From: Candidatus Angelobacter sp.
GTDB lineage: Bacteria > Acidobacteriota > Terriglobia > Terriglobales > Acidobacteriaceae
Assembly (NCBI GenBank): GCA_036515395.1
Contig: DATBVH010000280.1
Span: 1-29,970 of the forward strand
Length of the DNA stretch: 29,970 bases
Reading direction: 5' to 3'
Shown in pieces: positions 17,001 to 25,245 of the stretch; the first letter of the stretch is position 1, and each line of letters begins with the position of its first letter. The notes beneath the pieces were generated by a model. The model did not search any database. It had not been told where the DNA came from and was given only the letters and a program-made list of their open reading frames with translations. A program made the position numbers and the translations under genes.

Positions 17001-18126
17001 AGGGCTTTATCTTACGTTGATGGTCGGGCCGCTGGTGCCGGTCCCTGTGCCTCAGTCCGTTCTGGACTCGCTGGTTAGTGTCACCGTCAGCACCTCGGCT
17101 GAGCCCCATCACCCAAGCGGATTCGAGTTGAACTTTACCTTGAGCACGCGTTCGCCGCTGCACACCATTTTTCTACTCAGCGGCGGAGCTCAGATTCCAG
17201 TGATCCGGGTGATTCTTATTACTACCATCAATGGAATTCCGGATGTTGTAATCGATGGCGTAATCACCAAGCAGGAGGTCAGCCCCGGAGCAGACGCCGG
17301 CCATTCCACTCTTAAGATTACAGGCGTGGACCTTACCGCTGTAATGAACCTGATCCCGTTTGACGGGTTTCCATTTCCGGCGATGCCCGCGGAGGCGCGT
17401 GTTGCAATCATGTGCGCCAAATATGCCATGTTTGGCATTGTTCCGCTGATCGTGCCGAGCATCCTCATCGATGTCCCCATCCCGGTAGACCGGATTCCGC
17501 GCCAGCAAGGCACGGACTTGGAATATATCAACCAACTCGCGGACGAGGTCGGTTATGTGTTCTTCATCACCCCCGGACCGGCGCCGGGAATGAACGTGGC
17601 TTATTGGGGGCCGGACATCAAGATCGGAGTGCCGCAACCGGCCCTGAACACGAATATGGACGCTCATACGAATGTAGAATCGATCAGCTTTTCTTTCGAT
17701 ACGGAGAACAAGGTTCTTCCGATTCTCTTTATACAAAACCTCTTCACCAAGGTTCCCATTCCGATCCCAATCCCGGACATAACTCCACTCAGCCCCCCTC
17801 TGGGCCTCATACCGCCGATTCCGAAGAAGCTGGAGTTCATCACTGGGACAGCCAAGTTATCGCCGATTCAGGCAGCGTTGATCGGACTGGCGAAAGCGGC
17901 GCGCTCATCCGATTCGGTTACCGGAAATGGATCTCTCGATGTGCTTCGCTACGGTCGCGTGCTCAAGGCGCGCGGTCTGGTGGGAGTGCGAGGCGCAGGA
18001 ACGGCTTTCGACGGTTTGTACTATGTGAAGAGCGTTACCCACAACATCAAACGTGGAGAGTACAAGCAGAATTTTACGCTGACGCGGAATGGCCTGATCT
18101 CCACCGTGCCTATGGTGCCATCATGA
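16993..18126 (+). CDS. Baseplate hub protein (gp27/gpD-like; N-terminal half of VgrG/Afp8)
   Basis: SGFELNF, DGVIT.QEV.PG, ITGVDLTAVM, QQGTDLEYINQLADEVGYVFF, GSLDVLRYG, VGVRGAG..FDGLYYVKSVTHNI...YKQNFTLTRNG. 377 aa. Confidence 0.85.
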   Translation: MLKGLYLTLMVGPLVPVPVPQSVLDSLVSVTVSTSAEPHHPSGFELNFTLSTRSPLHTIFLLSGGAQIPVIRVILITTINGIPDVVIDGVITKQEVSPGADAGHSTLKITGVDLTAVMNLIPFDGFPFPAMPAEARVAIMCAKYAMFGIVPLIVPSILIDVPIPVDRIPRQQGTDLEYINQLADEVGYVFFITPGPAPGMNVAYWGPDIKIGVPQPALNTNMDAHTNVESISFSFDTENKVLPILFIQNLFTKVPIPIPIPDITPLSPPLGLIPPIPKKLEFITGTAKLSPIQAALIGLAKAARSSDSVTGNGSLDVLRYGRVLKARGLVGVRGAGTAFDGLYYVKSVTHNIKRGEYKQNFTLTRNGLISTVPMVPS

Positions 18127-18641
18127 GCGCGGGAGCCAAAAAGTACTACGGAAAATATCGGGGGACGGTGGTCAACAACATTGATCCCCTCCAGATTGGC
18201 CGCATTCAGGCGATGGTTCCTGACGTTTCAGCGCTGCTGCCGACGAGTTGGGCCATGCCGTGCGTTCCTATTGCGGGTAAGCAGATGGGAACGTTCTTCG
18301 TCCCTCAGGTGGGAGCGGGAGTTTGGGTGGAATTCGAGCAAGGAGATCCCGATTATCCGATCTGGGTAGGCGGATACTGGGGGCTGGTGGCGGAGGTGCC
18401 GGTACTGGCATTGGCCGGCATCCCGGCGAGTCCCAACATCGTTCTTCAAACGGCGGCCCAGAATGCCATCGTGGTGAGCGATCTTCCCGGCCCCACAGGC
18501 GGCATCATGCTGAAGAGCACTACGGGCGCCACCATCATTGTGAATGACGTGGGAATCACGATCCAGAATGGAAAGGGCGCCAGCATCATCATGGCCGGCC
18601 CGACTGTAACCATCAATAACGGCGCAATGGTGATCGTATGA
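18123..18641 (+). CDS. Central spike protein (gp5/gpV OB-fold plus short beta-helix)
   Basis: YYGKYRGTVVNNIDPLQIGRI...VPDV, WAMPCVP..G, PQVGAGVWVEFEQGDPDYPIWVG, then short beta-strand repeats. Start is ATG 18123 (ATGA overlap), not ORF-track 17412. 172 aa. Confidence 0.9.
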   Translation: MSAGAKKYYGKYRGTVVNNIDPLQIGRIQAMVPDVSALLPTSWAMPCVPIAGKQMGTFFVPQVGAGVWVEFEQGDPDYPIWVGGYWGLVAEVPVLALAGIPASPNIVLQTAAQNAIVVSDLPGPTGGIMLKSTTGATIIVNDVGITIQNGKGASIIMAGPTVTINNGAMVIV

Positions 18642-18708
18642 CCATGCCGAACATTTCGTCGGCGCTTCATCGGTCGCGCACAGCACGCCAAAAAGGGAGG
18701 GTTTAGCC

Positions 18709-19032
18709 ATGCCCGGGTTCCTGCTCCATGTAGGAGCGCAAGTCCTCTGTTCCCATTTGGGGCAGGCGCAGCCCACGGTTCCGAATCCTCGTGTAACAGT
18801 GAGTGGGCAGCCCATTGTCAATATGACTGCTCCATATGTCGTCGCTGGTTGCTTGTTGCCGCCGCCCATTATCGCGAACGGTCCGTGTGTAACGGCCCAA
18901 TGGATCACCGGCTCAACTCGCATCCTCTCCAACGGCCAGCCCGTTCTGTTGATGGATAGCCAAGCCATTTGCGTGCCCACGGGTACGCCGCTGATCGTGG
19001 TTGCAGCGCAGATGCGCGTCATGGGGACCTAA
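18709..19032 (+). CDS. PAAR-like spike tip protein
   Basis: LLHVGAQVLCSHLG, RVTVSGQPIV, AGC...GPCVTAQW, NGQPVLL...ICVPTGTP; Cys/His set suitable for a metal site; SD GGAGG at 18696-18700. 107 aa. Confidence 0.85.
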   Translation: MPGFLLHVGAQVLCSHLGQAQPTVPNPRVTVSGQPIVNMTAPYVVAGCLLPPPIIANGPCVTAQWITGSTRILSNGQPVLLMDSQAICVPTGTPLIVVAAQMRVMGT

Positions 19033-19037
19033 ACGAT

Positions 19038-19394
19038 ATGAACATCGATTTTCCAATTCGTTTCACCGCACAGGGCCGCACGGCAGATGCGAACGATAGC
19101 GACCACATCCGGCAGATGATCGAGCAGTTACTCTTCACCAGCCCAGGAGAGCGCGTGAACCGGCCCGATTTCGGCAGCGGCCTCATGCAGATGGTGTTCG
19201 CGCCAAACAGCCCGGAACTTGCGGCCACGCTGCAGTTCACAATGCAGGCGGCGTTGCAGCGCTACATGAATGATCTGATCGATGTGCAGTCGCTGGAGGT
19301 CTTGAGCGAGGATTCCACGCTGCGCGTTTCCATCAACTATGTAGTGCGGATCACGGGCGAAGCGTCGAATGCCCAGTTTACGAGGACGGTGTGA
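19038..19394 (+). CDS. Baseplate wedge protein gp25/GPW (Afp9-like)
   Basis: IDFPIRF, HIRQMIEQLLFTSPGERVNRPDFGSGL. Start at ATG 19038 rather than ORF-track 18969. 118 aa. Confidence 0.92.
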   Translation: MNIDFPIRFTAQGRTADANDSDHIRQMIEQLLFTSPGERVNRPDFGSGLMQMVFAPNSPELAATLQFTMQAALQRYMNDLIDVQSLEVLSEDSTLRVSINYVVRITGEASNAQFTRTV

Positions 19395-22342
19395 CCGGTA
19401 TGAGGATCGCAGAAACCTGCCAGGACGAACGGCGCGCTTTGGAAGCCCGGCGCAAGGGTCTGAATGGCATTGATACCATCGAGATCGGCAAGGAACTCGG
19501 CGGCCCTACCTTGACGGTATATTTTTTCGGCGCTGCGCCGGAGCATCTGTCGCCGAAACACATCGCGATTGAAGGCGGCAGCCGCGTTACTGGAATCGTG
19601 GCTGTGGATGTTCAGCTCTGCAAGATGGAAAATCCAGAACACCAGGACTGCGCTCGTGTGCTGGTAAACAAAGAAGGTGATTTTTCCATCTACACGTTGA
19701 GCATCACGGGACTGCAGGGATTTGATCCAATCTATTCCCAATTTGATTTCAGCTTCAAAGTAGACTGTCCAAACGATCTTGATTGCCGCCAGACGAATTT
19801 GTGTCCGGTGGTCCCGCGGCTCGAACCTGAGATCAATTATCTGGCAAAGGACTACGCTTCCTTTCGCCAGTTGGTCCTGGATCGCTGGGCGCTCATCATG
19901 CCTTCATGGAAGGAGCGCCATGTTCCCGATCTTGGCATCACACTGGCCGAGGTCCTCGCGTATGCCGGCGACTATCTCAGCTACTATCAGGATGCTGTCG
20001 CAAGTGAAGCTTATCTGGGCACGGCGCGACAGCGCATCTCAGTTCGCAGGCACGCTCGGCTCGTCGGCTACACCGTCCATGAAGGCTGCAACTCCCGGGC
20101 ATGGATTTGCATTGAGACCAGCTCCGATCTTCCTGAACTGAACCCGGAAGATATCTTCTTTATTACCAGCACCCCAGGTGTTCCAGAAGAAGCAGTGATC
20201 CAGCCGGATGCTCTTCGCTCCGTGCAGGACGACTCTCTTCTGGTGTTTGAGCCGGTGAGCAAAGCCCCGATCCGTCTGTATGCGGCACATAGCGTCATTT
20301 ACTTCTATACGTGGGGGAACCGCCAGTGTTGTCTTGCCCAGGGAAGCACTCATGCAACGCTTCAGGATGATTGGGATGCAGGCGCGCCAGAAATGCCTCC
20401 AGAGGAAAAGGAGCGGGGCACTGCGGCACGCAAGAAATCAGTGAGGGTGCGAAAAAAGGCGTCACTCACTCTCTCCAGTATCGAGCAAGAGGGAGCTTTA
20501 CCAATAAAGCCAGCCGACACTGAAGCCGAAAGCCAGTACAGTGACGCGTCCAAAGAAACAATCAACCTGGAGCCAATCCTAAAATTACGCAATCTGAAAG
20601 CCGGTGACATCCTTGTGTTCATGGAGGCGTTGGGGCCGCGGACAGGCTCTCCCAATGACGCGGACCGTGAGAAACGGCACGCCGTCCGCCTAACACGGGT
20701 GGAACGGGACACAGACGAATTGAACCACCAGCCGGTAGTCAACATATGGTGGGAGATGGAAGACGCTCTGCCGTTCCCAATGTGTCTTTCCAGTCTCGGC
20801 GGCGCTCCTGAGTGCAGCTATTTCGAACATTGCACTATCGCTTGCGCGAACGTGATTCTAGCCGATCATGGACGCAGCGTCCGGGGAGAAGCTCTCCCCG
20901 GCTATGTCCAAGTTTTGTCATCGACACAGACGTGTTCCGGTGAAGGTCGTCCGCGCGAATGGACGCGCCTTTCGGGGACCTACAGGCCGGCATTGAGTAG
21001 CGGCCCGCTCACTTTCTGCCAGACACTGCACCCTGATGCGCCTGCGTCAAGAATGCTTACCCATGATCCCTATGCCGCGACGCCACAAATCACATTACAG
21101 ATGATCAGCCTGACTGGCGTGTGGGACGTTACGCTGGACGAACACCACCGGGCCCTTCTGCTGCTGCAGCAAGACGGCTTGGACTTGAGTGGAAGTTACT
21201 CCGGTGAACTCGGGGCGGACCTGCGGGTTTGTGGCTCAATTGCTCAAGACTGGAGCAGCGCTACTTTCGGTATCTACCAGCCTCTTGGCCCGGACGTCCC
21301 ACTGGATGCAACCGTTTTCTGCAAAGTGGAACAAGGCGTTCTAACTGGAACTATGGACGGCCCGAAGGGCAAAGTCCCGTTTCTAGCTAAGGGCCGGCGC
21401 ACGGATTCAAACTGGGTTCCGCGCTCCGATCTCATGCGCAGTGGTCCGCGTGACAACCACTTTGTGGTGGAAGTGGACAATGACTCTCTTGCCCATCTCC
21501 GTTTTGGCAACGGTGATCTGGGGCGTGTTCCCGAAGGCGGGGCGGGATTTGTGGCCGCGTTCCGACTCGGTAACGGTCCGGAAGGCAATGTCAGCCGGGA
21601 CAGCATCACTCATATGGTATTGAGCTCCCCCATAGAGAACCTGGAAATTACTAAGATCACCAATCCTCTCCCAGCCAAAGGTGGCAGCGCGCCGGAAACG
21701 CTGCCGGACATCAAGCTGCAGGCCCCATCCGCATTCCGCAGACATCTGCAACGGGCCATTACCGCCGATGATTACGCGACTCTTGCGGCGGGCAATCCTA
21801 AAGTGCAGCGGGCAGCCGCATCCTTGCGCTGGACTGGCGCCCGTTACGCGGTTCAAGTCACCATTGACCCACTGGGCACTGAAAAAGCCGACCCCGCGTT
21901 GCTGGAGGATATTAAGCATTATCTATATCGCTTCCGCCGCATCGGGCACGATCTGGAAGTCATGCCAGCGCACTATGTTCCGCTCGATCTTGAAATGACA
22001 ATCTGCGTGCGCCCGGAATTTCTCCGTGCACATGTAAAAACCGGCGTCCTCAATGCTCTTAGCTCGGCGCGATTAGCTGACGGCAGTTTGGGATTTTTCC
22101 ATCCCGATAATCTCACCTTCGGCGACAGCATTTACGTCAGCCGCCTGGTGGGAACAGCGCAGAAAATAGATGGAGTAGAGTCCGTCACGGTCACAAAGCT
22201 GGAGCGGCTGTACCAGGGAGCAAACCGCGAATTAGAAGACGGAGTGTTGTTAATCGGTCCTCTGGAAATCGCCCGGCTGGACCGCGATCCCAGCTTCCCT
22301 GAGAACGGCACGCTCAAGCTCGATATGCGAGGTGGAAGATGA
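19391..22342 (+). CDS. Baseplate J-like wedge protein 1 (gp6/Afp11-like) with insertions
   Basis: INYLAKDYASFRQL, DLGITLAEVLAYAGDYLSYYQDAVASEAYLGTARQRISVRRHARLVGY, LRFGNGDLGRVP, RAITADDYA, ARLDRDPSFPENG. 983 aa. Confidence 0.9.
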   Translation: MTGMRIAETCQDERRALEARRKGLNGIDTIEIGKELGGPTLTVYFFGAAPEHLSPKHIAIEGGSRVTGIVAVDVQLCKMENPEHQDCARVLVNKEGDFSIYTLSITGLQGFDPIYSQFDFSFKVDCPNDLDCRQTNLCPVVPRLEPEINYLAKDYASFRQLVLDRWALIMPSWKERHVPDLGITLAEVLAYAGDYLSYYQDAVASEAYLGTARQRISVRRHARLVGYTVHEGCNSRAWICIETSSDLPELNPEDIFFITSTPGVPEEAVIQPDALRSVQDDSLLVFEPVSKAPIRLYAAHSVIYFYTWGNRQCCLAQGSTHATLQDDWDAGAPEMPPEEKERGTAARKKSVRVRKKASLTLSSIEQEGALPIKPADTEAESQYSDASKETINLEPILKLRNLKAGDILVFMEALGPRTGSPNDADREKRHAVRLTRVERDTDELNHQPVVNIWWEMEDALPFPMCLSSLGGAPECSYFEHCTIACANVILADHGRSVRGEALPGYVQVLSSTQTCSGEGRPREWTRLSGTYRPALSSGPLTFCQTLHPDAPASRMLTHDPYAATPQITLQMISLTGVWDVTLDEHHRALLLLQQDGLDLSGSYSGELGADLRVCGSIAQDWSSATFGIYQPLGPDVPLDATVFCKVEQGVLTGTMDGPKGKVPFLAKGRRTDSNWVPRSDLMRSGPRDNHFVVEVDNDSLAHLRFGNGDLGRVPEGGAGFVAAFRLGNGPEGNVSRDSITHMVLSSPIENLEITKITNPLPAKGGSAPETLPDIKLQAPSAFRRHLQRAITADDYATLAAGNPKVQRAAASLRWTGARYAVQVTIDPLGTEKADPALLEDIKHYLYRFRRIGHDLEVMPAHYVPLDLEMTICVRPEFLRAHVKTGVLNALSSARLADGSLGFFHPDNLTFGDSIYVSRLVGTAQKIDGVESVTVTKLERLYQGANRELEDGVLLIGPLEIARLDRDPSFPENGTLKLDMRGGR

Positions 22343-25245
22343 ATCCGACCTGTGGTTGCTGCGATAGTATCCATCAGATCGTGCCGGAAAACACCGCCAA
22401 TCTTCCTGTTTTGAGCGCGATCCGCTATCGCATAGGCACCCATGCAACGTTTCTCGAGACCATGAAGGCGCGGCTGGCGAACTACTCTCTGCCCCAGGAG
22501 ATTCTGGACCGCTGCCTGGGTTCTAACCCCACGTTCCCTCTGAATGGTTTGCTGACCCGCGACTCCGAAGATCCCGCAATTGCGCTTCTGGATGCGTGGG
22601 CCGTGATTGCCGATGTGCTTACCTTCTATCAGGAGCGCATCGCCAATGAAGGATACCTGCGCACGGCGACCGAGCGCTTCTCTGCCATGGAACTCGCGAG
22701 GCTTATCGGATACAAACCTCGCCCCGGCGTCGCCGCCAGTGTATATCTCGCGTACATGCTCGAGAAAAACCATGCAGTTGACATTGCGCCGGGCAGCCGT
22801 GCCCAAAGCATCCCCGGGCCGGGTGAACTGCCACAGTCATTTGAGACCTCCGTCGTATTGAAAGCACAGGACGTCACTAATAACCTGCAGCCGAGAATGG
22901 TTCGACCGCAGAAAATCATGCCGGATACCGATGTGATCTACGCGAACGGCGTCAATACGAATCTAAAGCCCAATGACCGCTTGTTATTCGATTTTGTAAC
23001 AAGTTTCCCGGCAAATGCCGTAAATGACGAGAGCGAAAAAAAGATACCTCCCCTGATACGACGGATTATTTCGGTTGAGCCCGATAGTGTTAAGAACTGG
23101 ACCAAGATCACTTTGCTGTCCTCCAGCCAGAAACCGGGGAACAGGCCAAGCGAAAGCGCAAGCGTAGCTCTGAAGAAGGTCCTCCACAAAATGATTCAGC
23201 CCCTGGCCAAGGCTCCCGCACTACATCCTTCCGATCCTTCGCGGTTGCCGAGCGACCTGTCGACTTCATTCTCCGCCACCTCGGATGTTTTGCTCCGGAC
23301 CGTTGCCGCACTCAAGCCGGAGTTAAGCTCACGCCTGTACGCGGGATTGCAAAATGCCAATGTGAGTGAACCTCAAGAAGTGAATATCTTTGCTTTCCGA
23401 GTGCGTGCTTCGGTTTTCGGGCACAACGCCCCGAAGCACCAGAAATTCGGGAGGAACAATGAGATCGGGGACGCCGAAGAATGGCCTCTTTACGTGCCGC
23501 CATCAGTGCCGCAGCCTGTGACATTCCAAGATAAGGTCTTGGCTGGTGAAATAGAAATATCTCGACACCCGGTTAAGGCCACAGAAACACCGGACAAAGT
23601 GTCCCTCGATGCTGTTTATGACAAGATCATGGCCGGTAGTTGGGTTTTCCTGGAGCGAGCGGATTCTGGTAAATCAGAGCCGCTCCTGGTGACCAGGATC
23701 GGCAATGTGATTGAGCGCTCCCGTGCCGATTATGGGATCACCGCGAAAGTTACGGAGCTATATTTTGCTCGCGACACAAAAGTCGAATGGATCGATCCTC
23801 AAAAGGATGATTTGAGCACGATTCGCAGCACAATAGTATTTGCCCAAAGTGAAAATTTGGAATTAATTGATGAACCAATCGATGATCCTGTTCGAGGTGA
23901 CCGGATCGAGCTTGACGGCATATATCAGGGCCTTGAGGCAGGGCGCTGGCTGATCGTTGCGGGTGAACGCACAGACATTCCGGAAAGCGACAAGATCCAG
24001 GATGCTGAACTGGTAATGCTTGCAGGCGCTGATCTGGATACGAACGCGGATGTGCCAGGTGACTCGCTGCATACATTCATTAATCTGGCGAGCGGCGGTC
24101 TCGCTTTCAGCTATGCCCGTGAAACAGTCAAGATCTATGGCAATGTGGTTCCCGCCACGCACGGCGAAACCCGCAGTGAGGTCATGGGCAGCGGTGACGC
24201 TTCGCGGACGCTGCAGAGCTTTCAATTGCGGCAGTGGCCCCTGACGTACGTGTCAGCCACCACGCCCAGCGGAGCGCAGAGTACGCTGCAAGTTCGCGTC
24301 AATGAACTGCTGTGGCATGAGGCGGAGCAAGTGGCATATCTGGCGCCGGCCGACCGATCCTACATCACGCGCACGGATGACAGCGCAAAGACTACAGTGA
24401 TCTTCGGCAATGGCGTTCGTGGAGCGCGCGTGCCCACTGGCGTTGAGAATATAAAGGCCACCTATCGGACTGGAATCGGCGCGAGCGGCAACGTGGATGC
24501 AGGACAGATTACTCTCTTAACGACCAAGCCGCTGGGAGTTAAGGAAGTGATCAATCCGCTGCCCGCGTCCGGGGGCGCTGATCGCGACAGCCGCGATCAG
24601 ATCCGGCGAAATGCTCCCGTGGCTCTCATGGCGCTGGACCGGCTGGTTTCCGTGCAAGACTATGCGGAGTTTGCCCGAGCATTCGCCGGAATCGGTAAGG
24701 CTAGCGCCGTCCATATTGCGGCGGATGGGGGCGAGATCGTTTACGTTACCATTGCCGGGGCAGAGAATGCCCCGATCGACACGACGTCAGACCTGTTCCG
24801 GAACTTGCTTGCTGCGTTTGCCAAATTTGGCGACCCTCAACAGCCCGTGCGTGTTGGGGTGGCGGAAACCAAGCTGTTGCTGGTGCAGGCCACCATCGCG
24901 GTCCTGCCGGACTACCAATTCGAAAGTGTAGTTCCCCAGATTCGTGCCACGCTGCTCAGCGCGTTTGCTTTCGATAACCGAGACTTGGGCCAAAGCATCG
25001 CCGCCAGCGAAATCACTTCAATCATTCAGAACGTTGAAGGCGTGGCGCACGTGGAATTAAAAGCGCTTGGCGCCTCATCTGAGCAGGACATTACCGTTCC
25101 CCTCTCGTCGAGGGTGCCGCAAGTCATTCGCGTCGAACCGGCGCGGTTTGATCGAGAAGGACGGAATATTTTGCCGGCACAGGTTGTCTTTCTGACCCCC
25201 GATGTTCCAGAAACCCTGATTATCACGGAGCAGGAACATGCTTGA
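22339..25245 (+). CDS. Baseplate J-like wedge protein 2
   Basis: DPAIALLDAWAVIADVLTFYQERIANEGYLRTATER.S..ELARLIGY, VPATHGET, FGNGVRGARVPTG.EN..ATYRTGIG..GNV, DRLVSVQDYAEFARAFAGIGKA. 968 aa. Confidence 0.9.
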   Translation: MNPTCGCCDSIHQIVPENTANLPVLSAIRYRIGTHATFLETMKARLANYSLPQEILDRCLGSNPTFPLNGLLTRDSEDPAIALLDAWAVIADVLTFYQERIANEGYLRTATERFSAMELARLIGYKPRPGVAASVYLAYMLEKNHAVDIAPGSRAQSIPGPGELPQSFETSVVLKAQDVTNNLQPRMVRPQKIMPDTDVIYANGVNTNLKPNDRLLFDFVTSFPANAVNDESEKKIPPLIRRIISVEPDSVKNWTKITLLSSSQKPGNRPSESASVALKKVLHKMIQPLAKAPALHPSDPSRLPSDLSTSFSATSDVLLRTVAALKPELSSRLYAGLQNANVSEPQEVNIFAFRVRASVFGHNAPKHQKFGRNNEIGDAEEWPLYVPPSVPQPVTFQDKVLAGEIEISRHPVKATETPDKVSLDAVYDKIMAGSWVFLERADSGKSEPLLVTRIGNVIERSRADYGITAKVTELYFARDTKVEWIDPQKDDLSTIRSTIVFAQSENLELIDEPIDDPVRGDRIELDGIYQGLEAGRWLIVAGERTDIPESDKIQDAELVMLAGADLDTNADVPGDSLHTFINLASGGLAFSYARETVKIYGNVVPATHGETRSEVMGSGDASRTLQSFQLRQWPLTYVSATTPSGAQSTLQVRVNELLWHEAEQVAYLAPADRSYITRTDDSAKTTVIFGNGVRGARVPTGVENIKATYRTGIGASGNVDAGQITLLTTKPLGVKEVINPLPASGGADRDSRDQIRRNAPVALMALDRLVSVQDYAEFARAFAGIGKASAVHIAADGGEIVYVTIAGAENAPIDTTSDLFRNLLAAFAKFGDPQQPVRVGVAETKLLLVQATIAVLPDYQFESVVPQIRATLLSAFAFDNRDLGQSIAASEITSIIQNVEGVAHVELKALGASSEQDITVPLSSRVPQVIRVEPARFDREGRNILPAQVVFLTPDVPETLIITEQEHA

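Noticed and set aside
17412-18122. N-terminal extension of the spike ORF (ORF-track 17412-18641)
   Set aside because: Overlaps the hub gene out of frame with non-protein-like sequence; ATG 18123 with ATGA coupling is the better start. The same reasoning applies to the 8341, 13158 and 18969 starts.
18640-18675. Hairpin in the spike-PAAR gap (GCCGA/TCGGC)
   Set aside because: The 5-bp core stem is short and has no U-tract; not supportable as a terminator.
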